DNA of 24,073 bases from Alphaproteobacteria bacterium (GCA_035456545.1 DATIDB010000328.1:1-24073); one strand, 5' to 3'; counted from the first letter of the stretch, positions 1-9,051 are shown. Notes: a model not told the origin generated them from the sequence alone. Program-made: numbers and translations.

Positions 1-2
1 TC

Positions 3-2429
3 GGCGACGTCGCCGACGTGCGCCGCAGCTTCAAGGACCGGCAAGCCTTCGCGCGGATCGATGGCAAGCCCGCCGTCGTGCTCGAGGTCTCCAAGCGCAC
101 CGGCTCGAACATCATCGACACCATCGCCGTGGTGCGCGAGGCGGTCGAGGCCGAGCGCGCCAATTGGCCCCCGGGCGTGACGGTCAGCTACAGCCAGGAC
201 AAGTCCGAAGACATCCGCGGCATGCTGGAGGATCTCGAGAACAATCTCGCGCTTGCGGTCGTGCTGGTCCTGGTGATCGTGCTGGGTTCGCTCGGCTGGC
301 GGACGACGACGCTCGTCGCCGTCGCCGTGCCCGGATCCTTCCTCGCCGGCATCCTCATGCTGGCCGGCATGGGCCTCACCATCAACATCGTGGTGCTGTT
401 CGGCCTCATCTTCGCTGCCGGCAACGTCGTCGACGGCGCGATCGTCGTCACCGAATACGCCGATGCGCGCATGGCCGAGGGCATCGATCGCCGTCACGCC
501 TACGCCCTCGCCGCCAAGCGCATGGCCTGGCCGATCATCGCCTCCACCGCCACGCAGCTCGCCGCCTTCCTGCCGCTGCTCTTCTGGCCGGGCGTCGTCG
601 GCGAGTTCATGAAGTACCTGCCGATCTCGCAGTTCGTCACTATGGGCGCGGCGCTGGCGATGGCGCTGATCTTCGTGCCCGTGCTGGGCGCAATGTTCGG
701 GCGGTCGGGGGGCGGAACGGCCTCGGTCGACGCGGTCCGCGCCATCGAGCGGAACGAGATCGGTCGCCAGCAGGGCATGACCGGCGCCTATGTGCGTCTG
801 CTCGACCGCGCGCTCCGGCGGCCGGGCTCGGTGCTGCTCGGCGCCACGCTCCTGCTGGTCGCGGTCACCTTCCTCTACGGAGCGTTCGGCCGCGGAGTCG
901 AGTTCTTCCCGAATGTCGAGCCGGACCGCTCGCTGATCGCGGTCCATGCGCGCGGCAATCTCTCGATCTCGGAACAGGACGGGCTGGTGCGCGAGGTGGA
1001 GGAGAGGGTGCTGCGGCTCCAGGCGGAGCGCGGCGAGTTCGCCTCGATCTACACCCGAACCGGGAAGCAGGACGGCGGCAACGACAATCTCGCCGAGGAT
1101 GTGATCGGCACGATCACGCTCGAATTCGCCGACTGGCGCGAGCGGCGCAAGGCCGACGAGATCATCGCCGACATTCTCGAGCGCACCAAGGACTTCGCCG
1201 GAATCGAGGTGGACGCGCAGAAGGAGGATGCGGGCCCGCCGGTCGGCAAGCCGATCCAGATCCAGCTCTCCGCGCGCGATCCGGAGGTGATCGCGCCGGC
1301 GGCGGCGCTGGTGCGCCAGAAGCTCGCTTCGATGGACGGCATCATCAATATCGAGGACACGCGCCCGCTGCCGGGCATCCAGTGGAATTTCGAGGTCGAC
1401 CGCGCGCAGGCGGCGAAATTCGGCGCGGACGTGACCGCCATCGGCAACATGCTGAAGCTCGTGACCAACGGGCTCATCGTCTCCGACTACCGGCCGGACG
1501 ACAGCGACCAGGAGGTCGACATCATCGTCCGCTATCCGCAGCAAGACCGCATGCTGGAGCAACTCGACCGCATCCGGGTCCAGACCGAGATCGGGCTCGT
1601 GCCGATCTCAAATTTCGTCACGCGCGTGGCCGAGCCCAAGACCGGCACGATCAACCGGGTCGACCAGCGCCGGGTGATCACTGTGAAGGCGGATGTCGCG
1701 CCGGGAATCCTGCCCGACCAGAAGGTGATGGAAATCCAGAAATGGATCGCCGGAGCCGGACTCGATCCGCAAATCCAGATCGCCTTCAAGGGCGAGGACG
1801 AGGAGCAGAAAAAGGCTTCCGACTTCCTCTCGAAGGCCTTCGCAGGCGCCGTCTTCCTGATCTTCCTGATCCTGATGGCGCAGTTCAACAGCTTCTACCA
1901 TACCATCCTGATCCTCTCCGCCGTGGTCATGTCCACCTTCGGCGTGCTGATCGGCCTCTTGCTCACCGCCCAGCCGTTCGGCATCGTGATGTCGGGGATC
2001 GGCGTGGTGGCGCTCGCCGGCATCGTCGTCGCCAACAACATCGTGCTGATCGACACCTTCACCCAGTTCCGGCGCGAGGGCCGGCCGGCGCGCGAAGCGA
2101 TCATGATGACCGGGGCCGAGCGTCTCAGGCCCGTGCTGCTGACCGCGCTCAACAATGTGCTGGGGCTGATGCCGCTCACCTTCGGCATCAATGTCGATCT
2201 GCTGAATCGAGCGATCACGGTCGGGGCGCCGTCCTCGCAATGGTGGGTGCAGCTCAGCCAGGCGATCGTCTACGGACTCGGCTTCGCCACGGTGCTGACC
2301 TTGGTGCTGACGCCGTGCGCGCTGATGCTGAGGGAGAATGTCGGCGCCTGGTGGGCCCGACGCCGCGGCCCCGCGCGAGAGGAGCAGCACGCGCAGCGGA
2401 GCGAGAGCCTGCCGAAGGCGGCGGAGTAG
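3..2429 (+). CDS. RND efflux transporter permease (AcrB/AcrD/AcrF family), 5'-truncated by the window edge
   Basis: Frame is open from the window start. Hydrophobic TM blocks flank a large periplasmic loop; RND motifs VVDGAIVVTE (TM4), PISQF..MG.ALA.ALIFVP, NIVLID (TM10) and ERLRPVLLT (TM11). TAG at 2427-2429. Confidence 0.93.
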   Translation, partial: GDVADVRRSFKDRQAFARIDGKPAVVLEVSKRTGSNIIDTIAVVREAVEAERANWPPGVTVSYSQDKSEDIRGMLEDLENNLALAVVLVLVIVLGSLGWRTTTLVAVAVPGSFLAGILMLAGMGLTINIVVLFGLIFAAGNVVDGAIVVTEYADARMAEGIDRRHAYALAAKRMAWPIIASTATQLAAFLPLLFWPGVVGEFMKYLPISQFVTMGAALAMALIFVPVLGAMFGRSGGGTASVDAVRAIERNEIGRQQGMTGAYVRLLDRALRRPGSVLLGATLLLVAVTFLYGAFGRGVEFFPNVEPDRSLIAVHARGNLSISEQDGLVREVEERVLRLQAERGEFASIYTRTGKQDGGNDNLAEDVIGTITLEFADWRERRKADEIIADILERTKDFAGIEVDAQKEDAGPPVGKPIQIQLSARDPEVIAPAAALVRQKLASMDGIINIEDTRPLPGIQWNFEVDRAQAAKFGADVTAIGNMLKLVTNGLIVSDYRPDDSDQEVDIIVRYPQQDRMLEQLDRIRVQTEIGLVPISNFVTRVAEPKTGTINRVDQRRVITVKADVAPGILPDQKVMEIQKWIAGAGLDPQIQIAFKGEDEEQKKASDFLSKAFAGAVFLIFLILMAQFNSFYHTILILSAVVMSTFGVLIGLLLTAQPFGIVMSGIGVVALAGIVVANNIVLIDTFTQFRREGRPAREAIMMTGAERLRPVLLTALNNVLGLMPLTFGINVDLLNRAITVGAPSSQWWVQLSQAIVYGLGFATVLTLVLTPCALMLRENVGAWWARRRGPAREEQHAQRSESLPKAAE

Positions 2430-2439
2430 GACGCCGCAC

Positions 2440-2733
2440 CTACCCCTTCAACAGCGCCTTCGCCATCTCGTCCCACTCCGCCTCGAGAGGTACGTCCTCG
2501 ACCGGCGCCCGACGCGCCCGGCCATACCAGTAGCGCGCGTTGTCGCGGTCGCCTTCCTTGCGATGCAGATAGGCATGCACCCAGGCGCCGGCCGCGCTTG
2601 CCTCCGCTTGGGCGCGCCGATGCGCCTTCTCCCAGTCGCCCTTGGCGTCCCACCACAGGGCTTCCTGGGCCGGCGTCAGGCCGGCGGGCGGCTCATCCTT
2701 CGTCAGCGAGTCCTTGAACGATGCGAGGTCCAT
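2440..2733 (-). CDS. Small conserved hypothetical protein (97 aa) with W..AH...Q / W.HAYLHRKEGD..NA.YWY motif
   Basis: ATG at 2733 with GGGAG ribosome-binding site upstream. Balanced composition unlike the Arg/Pro-rich shadow ORFs. The motif pattern is one I recall from widespread bacterial hypothetical proteins. Confidence 0.8.
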   Translation of the reverse strand: MDLASFKDSLTKDEPPAGLTPAQEALWWDAKGDWEKAHRRAQAEASAAGAWVHAYLHRKEGDRDNARYWYGRARRAPVEDVPLEAEWDEMAKALLKG

Positions 2734-4039
2734 CCTTCGCTCCCTGAAAGCGCGACCAGCGGAACGGCGCGGGATCGACGACCGGCGCCGCGCCGGTCAC
2801 GAGATCGGCGACGAGCCGCCCCGCCCCCGGCCCGATGCCGAAGCCGTGGCCGGTGAACCCTGTCGCCACGACGAGGCCGGGCAGTTCCGGAACGGCGGAG
2901 ATCACCGGAATGCCGTCCGGCACCACATCGATCATTCCGGCCCATCGATCGACCGGCCTTGCAGTTGCGAAAACGGGCCAGGCCGCCGCGAGGTTCTTCA
3001 GCGCCGCATCGAGATCGGCGCCGGCGGGTTCGGGATCGAGGGTGCGACAGCGCTCGAAGGGCGATGTGGAATCGAGCGCCCAGCGCCGCTGCGTCAGGGC
3101 TGCCTCGACGAACCGGCGATTGAGCCCGAGCTGGATATTGTCGCGCTCCTCGACGAACCGCGGCAGGAAGCGCCCGAAGAATCGGAAGCTGTCGGGGACG
3201 AGCATGTGGAGCTGCCGGCTCGGATGAGCGACTGTGTAGCCGCCATCGAGCCGCTTGCGGAAGCCGAACCCTGGACCCTTCGCTCCGCCTTCGGGTCCGC
3301 CGGCAAGCGGCGCGGTGCGCATCACCGATGCGCGGATGGTGAGCTGCGGCAAGGTCAGGCCGAGGGAGCCGAGAAAGAGGCGCGACCACGCCCCGCCCGC
3401 AACCACAACGGTGGAGCAGCGGATACGCCCGCGTTCCGTGACCGCGGCTGAGATGCGTCCGCCTTCGGTTTCGATCCCCCGCACGGCGCAGCCCGAGATG
3501 ACGCTCGCGCCCGCAGACCGCGCGGCGCGCGCAAGCGCCGGGGCCGCTTTCTGCGGCTCCGCGCGCCCGTCGCTCGCGGTGTAGAGCGCGCCCGCCCAGG
3601 CCTGCCCAGAGCCGGGCATCAGCCGCGCCAGCTCGGCCGCACCGATCAACCGGGTGTCGAGCTGGTAGGGACGCGCCGTCTCCAGCCAGTCCTCATGTAT
3701 TGCAAGTTCGGTTTCGGTGCGCGCCAGGTAGAAGATGCCGGTCTTGCGGAAGCCGACATCCGTTTCGACGCGCGCGGCGAGCCCATCCCACAGGCGCATG
3801 CTCTCCAGCATCAGCGGCAACTCGCGCGCATCGCGCCCCTGCTTGCGGCACCAGCCCCAATTTCGGCCGGACTGCTCGCCGCCGATTACCCCTTTCTCGC
3901 ACAGCGCGACGGCGGCCTTGCGCTCCGCCAAAGCCAGCGCGGCCGCGGCTCCGACGATGCCGCCGCCGACGATCACCACATCGGCGTAATCCGGCGGAGC
4001 GCTATCCGAGGGAACTACATCCAGCGGGGGCAACGGCAT
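2693..4039 (-). CDS. FAD-dependent oxidoreductase, DadA/D-amino-acid oxidase/sarcosine oxidase family
   Basis: N-terminal dinucleotide motif DVVIVGGGIVG, GEQSGRNWGW, AGGAWS, WAGMIDVVPDGIPVI and C-terminal ATGFTGHGFGIGPGAG. Confidence 0.9.
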   Translation of the reverse strand: MPLPPLDVVPSDSAPPDYADVVIVGGGIVGAAAALALAERKAAVALCEKGVIGGEQSGRNWGWCRKQGRDARELPLMLESMRLWDGLAARVETDVGFRKTGIFYLARTETELAIHEDWLETARPYQLDTRLIGAAELARLMPGSGQAWAGALYTASDGRAEPQKAAPALARAARSAGASVISGCAVRGIETEGGRISAAVTERGRIRCSTVVVAGGAWSRLFLGSLGLTLPQLTIRASVMRTAPLAGGPEGGAKGPGFGFRKRLDGGYTVAHPSRQLHMLVPDSFRFFGRFLPRFVEERDNIQLGLNRRFVEAALTQRRWALDSTSPFERCRTLDPEPAGADLDAALKNLAAAWPVFATARPVDRWAGMIDVVPDGIPVISAVPELPGLVVATGFTGHGFGIGPGAGRLVADLVTGAAPVVDPAPFRWSRFQGAKDGPRIVQGLADEG

Positions 4040-4102
4040 GGCAGAGGTTGGATCGTATGATGAGGATTCGGAATCGGGGCATTCCGACGGTCGGGAAATC
4101 CT

Positions 4103-5500
4103 TTGCGAAGAAGCGCGTTCACCGCAAGCCGCTTCGCGTCCACGGCGCTGGCCCTAATGGTTTCAGCCGCCCTCGCCGCCTGCGGCGCTTTCACCACCAC
4201 CGTGCCGCCTCCGTCGGACGGGCTGCGCCAGGCGATGCGCGGAATGGAGGTGACGGTCACGCATGCGTCCCTCGCCGACTCTCTCGAGCGGCCGGTCGCC
4301 GGCGCGGGCGAAGGCGCCGCCCTCGGGGCCATGCGAGGAGCAGGAGGCTCCATCTATGTCGGAGCGCATGCCTGCGAGGCGGCCGAGCCTTTCATCTGCC
4401 TCATCGGCCTCACGCTCGGAGTCATGGCCGCTCCGTTCGTCGGGGCGGTGGGCGCCGTCGCCGGCAGCGTCGCGGCCCATGACAAGGACGAGGTCCTTGC
4501 CGCTCACGACCGCCTGTTGAGCGCCGCGGCGACGCTCGATCCGGTGCAAGGGCTTCAGGATGCGGTGGCGGCCGCCAGCCCGCGCTACGGCCCCGCCGGG
4601 CCGGGATCCTCGGCGAAGGATATCCGCCTGCAGCTCGCGATCGAGGATTTCGGCCTCAGCTCGGCGGGAACCTATGAGCCGGATGTCTGGGTGGTCATGA
4701 CCGTGAGCGGACGGGTGGTGCGCGGAGCGGACAATGAGGAGCTCTATTGGCGCGTCTGGTCCTATCAGGGCCCACGGGTGCCGTATTTCTCGCTGGCCGC
4801 GGCCGCGCCGGACTCGCTGAACCGCGTGGCCGAGGCCGCCTATCGCTCCACGGCCGAGCGCCTGCTGTACGATCTTCTGGCGGGTTCGGTGAACGAAACC
4901 CTGCCGGGCAATGGCCGGACGGTGTCGACGGTCGCGGCAAAATACATGCGGCATGGCTCGGAGCTGCGCGAATACGAGATGAGCGATGCGCTGGACGGCG
5001 GAGCCCTCCAGCTCACCGCCGGCCGGCCCGCGCGCTGGCCCGACCTGCCGGTGGACGAGACGGCGCCGATTCCTCCGCCGCCGCCCGAGCCCGAGCCGGT
5101 CGTCGCGACGTTGCCGTCTCCCGCGCCGCCGGTCGCGTCTGCGCCCGCTCCGCTCGCCGCGGCTGCAACGCCGGCCGAGACGCCAGAGGCGGCGCCGCAA
5201 GCGGTCAAGCCGAGCCTGCCTCCGGCCGACGGGCGCTGGAAAGCCGCCACCTCCAACTGGAACATCCGCGTCGAGCTTGAAAACAGAAGATTCGAAGGAA
5301 ACGCGCTCTGCGAGCCGCGCAACCAGCGCTATCGCATCTCCGGGCGCATCGCCAAGGACGGCACGATCGAGGGCTCCGGATCTCCCACCCGCGCGACGTT
5401 CGAACACGGCGGCATCCACATCGCCGGCCGCTGGCCGGTTCTTGTCATGCCGGCGCGCATCGGCTGCGTGGAAGCGTCGGTCCCGCTCGATCCCGCCTAA
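4103..5500 (+). CDS. Hypothetical lipoprotein with Pro/Ala-rich linker and small C-terminal beta domain
   Basis: TTG start, basic N-terminus, hydrophobic stretch and lipobox L-A-A-C (Cys27), followed by a Gly/Ala-rich segment and a PPPPPEPEP...APAP linker. An alternative ATG at 4157 would remove most of the signal peptide, so 4103 is preferred. Confidence 0.7.
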   Translation: MRRSAFTASRFASTALALMVSAALAACGAFTTTVPPPSDGLRQAMRGMEVTVTHASLADSLERPVAGAGEGAALGAMRGAGGSIYVGAHACEAAEPFICLIGLTLGVMAAPFVGAVGAVAGSVAAHDKDEVLAAHDRLLSAAATLDPVQGLQDAVAAASPRYGPAGPGSSAKDIRLQLAIEDFGLSSAGTYEPDVWVVMTVSGRVVRGADNEELYWRVWSYQGPRVPYFSLAAAAPDSLNRVAEAAYRSTAERLLYDLLAGSVNETLPGNGRTVSTVAAKYMRHGSELREYEMSDALDGGALQLTAGRPARWPDLPVDETAPIPPPPPEPEPVVATLPSPAPPVASAPAPLAAAATPAETPEAAPQAVKPSLPPADGRWKAATSNWNIRVELENRRFEGNALCEPRNQRYRISGRIAKDGTIEGSGSPTRATFEHGGIHIAGRWPVLVMPARIGCVEASVPLDPA

Positions 5501-5522
5501 CGGTGAGGCGAGGTCTCTTCGA

Positions 5523-6215
5523 TCAAGGGCCTCGCCGTGCGCCGAGGAGGTTTCGCTCGACCGTCTCCAAATGTCGGCGCATGGCCTCGGCGGCGCGCTC
5601 CCGGTCGCGCTCGGCGATCGCGGCGACGATCGCCTCATGCTCGGCGAAGCTGTGGTGATCCGGTTCGGGCTTGACCTTGCTGACCCTGAGGCGGCCCCAG
5701 GCGACGGCGCGGCGCACCGCGCCCAAGGTATCCAGGAGCGAGACCAGAAGCGCGTTCTGCGTCGCCTCGGCGACGGTCCGGTGCAGCCTGTTGTCCCAGC
5801 TCTCGTATTGACGCCAGGTCGCCGCCGCCCGGCTTCGGCTCATGCAATTGCGCATCTCGGCGATCTGCGCCGGGGTGGCGTTGACCGCGGCGAGACGCGC
5901 CACTTCCGGCTCTATCAGGAGGCGGGTGCGCATCACTTCGGCCGGGTTGGTCCGCCGCACCATCGCATCGAGGTCTGAGACGGTGGAGATGGGCCGCGTG
6001 CCGACAAAGGTGCCCTTGCCGACATGCCGCCAGATCTGCCCCTCCGCCTCGAGCACCGCGAGAGCCTGGCGCAGCCCGGCGCGCGAGACGCCGAGCGATC
6101 GGCTCAGCTCCCGTTCGGGCGGCAGGCGGCTGTCGACGGGAAGGCCGCCGCCATCCAGATAGGCCCGCAGGCGGGAAAGCGTATCCACGCCCCGGCCGTC
6201 TGCCACACCATCCAT
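5523..6215 (-). CDS. GntR-family transcriptional regulator, FadR subfamily (FCD domain)
   Basis: Winged-HTH motif RLPPERELSRSLGVSRAGLRQAL..LE.EG......GKGTFV. C-terminal FCD pattern D.RLH...AEA..N, EH.AIV.AI..RD...A..AMRRHL. AAGGGG ribosome-binding site. Confidence 0.93.
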   Translation of the reverse strand: MDGVADGRGVDTLSRLRAYLDGGGLPVDSRLPPERELSRSLGVSRAGLRQALAVLEAEGQIWRHVGKGTFVGTRPISTVSDLDAMVRRTNPAEVMRTRLLIEPEVARLAAVNATPAQIAEMRNCMSRSRAAATWRQYESWDNRLHRTVAEATQNALLVSLLDTLGAVRRAVAWGRLRVSKVKPEPDHHSFAEHEAIVAAIAERDRERAAEAMRRHLETVERNLLGARRGP

Positions 6216-6227
6216 GGCGTCCCCTTG

Positions 6228-6245
6228 ACCAATAGTCTCATTGGT
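6228..6245. promoter_or_regulatory. Candidate GntR/FadR operator 1 (ACCAAT-N6-ATTGGT)
   Basis: Perfect 6-bp inverted repeat just downstream of the predicted gntR -10 box. Confidence 0.5.
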
Positions 6246-6251
6246 TCCTTA

Positions 6252-6280
6252 CTTTTACATCAGTTCTTCCGATATATCAA
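6252..6280 (-). promoter_or_regulatory. Putative sigma70-type promoter of the gntR gene
   Basis: On the minus strand: TTGATA (6280-6275), 17-nt spacer, TAAAAG (6257-6252), in an AT-rich intergenic region. Confidence 0.5.
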
Positions 6281-6288
6281 CGGTTTAA

Positions 6289-6317
6289 TTGACAGCCCGA
6301 GAACCGAGTGCAATAAC
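6289..6317 (+). promoter_or_regulatory. Putative sigma70-type promoter of the ABC transporter operon
   Basis: Perfect TTGACA at 6289-6294, then GCAATAAC at 6310-6317, close to the alphaproteobacterial -10 consensus GCTANAWC. Confidence 0.55.
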
Positions 6318-6333
6318 CAAGCGTCAATTGGTT
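6315..6333. promoter_or_regulatory. Candidate GntR/FadR operator 2 (AACCAA-N7-TTGGTT)
   Basis: Perfect 6-bp inverted repeat overlapping the ABC operon -10/+1 region; shares the ACCAA/TTGGT core with operator 1. Confidence 0.5.
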
Positions 6334-6389
6334 GCAGTTTTTAAAGCGACCTTTGAACGCCAGTGAAAAACCTGCGGGAGGATTCGAGC

Positions 6390-7388
6390 ATGCAAGGGCT
6401 GTTGAAGCGGGCCGTGCGCCTGGGCGCCGCCGCCGCACTCGCCGTCGCGATGGCCGCGCCTGTCGCGGCCGAAGCGGCGGAAGGCAAGATCCATGTCGCC
6501 CTCGGCGACGTGCCGTCGATCGAAACCCTGAACCTCTTGATCGCGGTGGAGCGGGCAAAGGAGCGGGGCCTCGACATCCAGGTCACGCCGTTCAAGTCCG
6601 AAGACGTCGCCGCTCAGGCGGTGGTCGGCGGGCAGGCGGATGTCGGCGTCGGCACCCCCTACGCCATGATCCAGAAGGTCAAGGCGCCGATCCGGCTCTT
6701 CTATCAGATGAGCAATCTGCGCTTCTTCCCGGTCGTGGACGCCTCCGTCTACAAGGACTGGAAGGACCTGAACGGGAAGGAAGTCGTCGTGCATTCGCGC
6801 GGGTCAGGCACCGAGGCGATCATGAAGATGATGGCCCAGCGCAACGGCATCGAATACGGCTCGATCAGCTACGTTCCGGGCTCGGAGGTCCGCGCGGGCG
6901 CGATGCTCCAGGGCAACATCAAGGCGACCGTGGTGGACGCCGCCAATCGCCGGCTGCTCGAGGAGAAGGCGCCCGGCAAATTCGCCGTGCTGCCGATGGA
7001 GAACGTGAACGCGACCGACGAGGCCCTCTTCGCGAACACCGAGTTCCTGGAGCGGGAAGCCGATGCGGTGACGGTGCTGGCCGAGGAGCTGATGAAGACC
7101 TGGCGCGAGATCAACGCCAACCCGGCAGTCGCCGCCGAGCTGCGCAAGAAATACAATCTTCTGCCGGACCTGCCCGCCGACGAGGAGGGCGAGATCGTCG
7201 CCTACTACACCGAATCCGCGGAATCGAAGGCGTTCCCGGAGGACGGCGGCAACCCGGGCGCGGTGAAGGCCGATTTCGAGTTCTACGCGGTTTCCGGGCA
7301 GCTCGAGGGCGATCCGGCCTCGCTCAAGGTCGAGGATTTCTGGACCTTCGAGGTGGCCGAGCGGGCGCGGAAGAACCTCGGCCAGTGA
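6390..7388 (+). CDS. ABC transporter substrate-binding protein, NitT/TauT (SsuA/THI5-like) family
   Basis: ATG at 6390 with GGAGG ribosome-binding site, Sec signal peptide ending AEA-AEG, AVVGGQADVG, and HSRGSGT hinge motif. First gene of an ABC operon. Confidence 0.88.
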   Translation: MQGLLKRAVRLGAAAALAVAMAAPVAAEAAEGKIHVALGDVPSIETLNLLIAVERAKERGLDIQVTPFKSEDVAAQAVVGGQADVGVGTPYAMIQKVKAPIRLFYQMSNLRFFPVVDASVYKDWKDLNGKEVVVHSRGSGTEAIMKMMAQRNGIEYGSISYVPGSEVRAGAMLQGNIKATVVDAANRRLLEEKAPGKFAVLPMENVNATDEALFANTEFLEREADAVTVLAEELMKTWREINANPAVAAELRKKYNLLPDLPADEEGEIVAYYTESAESKAFPEDGGNPGAVKADFEFYAVSGQLEGDPASLKVEDFWTFEVAERARKNLGQ

Positions 7389-8248
7389 CCGAGCTGCCAC
7401 GGGCCAGCTTCAACGAGCGCGCTCCCGCGCGGGCGGCGGTCGCGGAGGGGGACGGCATCGCCGTCCCCCTGCGGGCCGGCGCCGAGCGCGCGGGCGACCA
7501 TGTCTTCTGGTGGCGGCTCGCCTCGATCGCCATCGTCTGCGGCGCCTGGGAGATCGCCGGGCGCATTCCGATCAATTACGCCTTCCCTTCCTTCTTTGAA
7601 ACGGCGCTCGCCTTCGGCCGCATGATCGCCGACGGCAGCCTGCCCAAGGCCTATGTCTCGACCCTGCAGCCGTTGCTGCTGGGGATCGCGATCTCGGCCG
7701 GGCTCGGCATCGGGCTCGGCATCCTGATGGGGCTCCGCCGCACGGCAGAATGGTTCGGCGCTCCGGTCTTCATCGTGCTGCAATCGGCTCCGGTCGCGGC
7801 CCTCATCCCGCTCATCACCTTCGTCTACGGCATCGGGCTGACCTCCAAGACCCTGGCGGTCATCGCGCTCGCGCTGCCCGTCATCGTGCTGAACAGCTAC
7901 AAGGCCGTGCGCAACGTGAACCCCTCGCTGGTGGCGATGGCGCGTTCCTTCCTCGCCTCGCGCTGGCAGCAGATCCTGCGCATCATCCTTCCCGACGCCT
8001 CGCCCTTGATCTTCGCGGGCCTCAGGCTCGGCATCGCGGCGGGGTTCATCGGCGTCGTGCTGGCCGAGCTCCTGATCACCCCGACCGGTATCGGCGACCT
8101 CATCACCTATCACCGCTCGGTGGCCGACTATGCGGAGATGTACGCCGTGATCGTCTCGATCATCCTGTTCTCCGCCGTCACCCTCTCGGTCCTGCAGAAG
8201 CTGGAGATCGTGCTGTTCCGACCGGAGCAGCGGGAGGCCGGGGCATGA
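7385..8248 (+). CDS. ABC transporter permease, NitT/TauT family
   Basis: GTG start overlapping the upstream stop (GTGA, 7385-7388). TM helices and EAA-like loop LVAMARSFLAS..QQILRIILPDASP.IFAGLRLG. Confidence 0.88.
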   Translation: MTELPRASFNERAPARAAVAEGDGIAVPLRAGAERAGDHVFWWRLASIAIVCGAWEIAGRIPINYAFPSFFETALAFGRMIADGSLPKAYVSTLQPLLLGIAISAGLGIGLGILMGLRRTAEWFGAPVFIVLQSAPVAALIPLITFVYGIGLTSKTLAVIALALPVIVLNSYKAVRNVNPSLVAMARSFLASRWQQILRIILPDASPLIFAGLRLGIAAGFIGVVLAELLITPTGIGDLITYHRSVADYAEMYAVIVSIILFSAVTLSVLQKLEIVLFRPEQREAGA

Positions 8249-9051
8249 GCGCCGCGACCGCGCCGGCCGGGGCCGTGATGGCAAATGGCGCCTCGCAGGC
8301 GATCGTCAGCGTGCGCGGGATCGGCAAGACCTATGACGGCGGCGTCGAGGCCTTGCGCGACATCGACCTCGATTTCCCCGCCGGTGCGCTGACCGCGCTC
8401 CTCGGCCCCAGCGGCTGCGGCAAGACCACGCTCCTGAAGATCATCGCCGGGCTGCTCGAGCCCAGCCGCGGGGAGGTGCGGGTGAGCGGGCGGCCGGTGA
8501 CAGGCCCCGGTCCCGAGCGCGCCTTCGTCTTCCAGGATTTCGCCCTGATGCCGTGGGCCACCGTTCTGCGCAACGTGGCCTTCGGGCTGGAGCTGCGCGG
8601 GGTGCCGAAGTCGGAGCGGCGCCAGCGCGCCCGCCAGGCCATCGAGGAGGTCGGGCTGGCGGGGTTCGAGGAGCGCTATCCGCACGAGCTCTCGGGGGGC
8701 ATGCGCCAGCGCGTCGGCCTCGCCCGGGCGCTTGCCGTGGAAGCCGAGGTGCTGCTGATGGACGAGCCCTTCTCGGCGGTCGACGAGCAGACCCGGCGCA
8801 AGTTCCAGGAGGACCTGCTCCATCTGCGGCAGGTCGAGCGCAAGACCTTCCTCTTCGTCACCCATTCGATCGAGGAGGCGGTCTATGTCGCCGACCGCGT
8901 CGTGCTCCTCTCGCGCCGGCCCGGACGGGTCTCGCAGGTGATCGAGCCGCAGATCGACCGCGGCGCCTCGCCGGAGGACATCCGCCGCGACCGGCATTAT
9001 CTCGACACGGTCGAGGAGATCTGGCGGGGGCTTCGGCAATATGTCGACTGA
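8245..9051 (+). CDS. ABC transporter ATP-binding protein, NitT/TauT family
   Basis: ATGA overlap with the permease. Walker A GPSGCGKT, Q-loop FVFQD, signature LSGGMRQR, Walker B LLMDEPF, H-loop VTH. Confidence 0.95.
   Translation: MSAATAPAGAVMANGASQAIVSVRGIGKTYDGGVEALRDIDLDFPAGALTALLGPSGCGKTTLLKIIAGLLEPSRGEVRVSGRPVTGPGPERAFVFQDFALMPWATVLRNVAFGLELRGVPKSERRQRARQAIEEVGLAGFEERYPHELSGGMRQRVGLARALAVEAEVLLMDEPFSAVDEQTRRKFQEDLLHLRQVERKTFLFVTHSIEEAVYVADRVVLLSRRPGRVSQVIEPQIDRGASPEDIRRDRHYLDTVEEIWRGLRQYVD

Noticed and set aside
5065-5225. Repetitive CCG/GCG-rich tract in the lipoprotein gene
   Set aside because: Explained by the encoded Pro/Ala linker; no exact tandem DNA unit.
6332-9051. Long ORFs 6332-8248 and 7750-9051 that look like fusions
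   Set aside because: Stop-free alternative frames in high-GC DNA. True starts are at the 4-bp overlaps 7385 and 8245.
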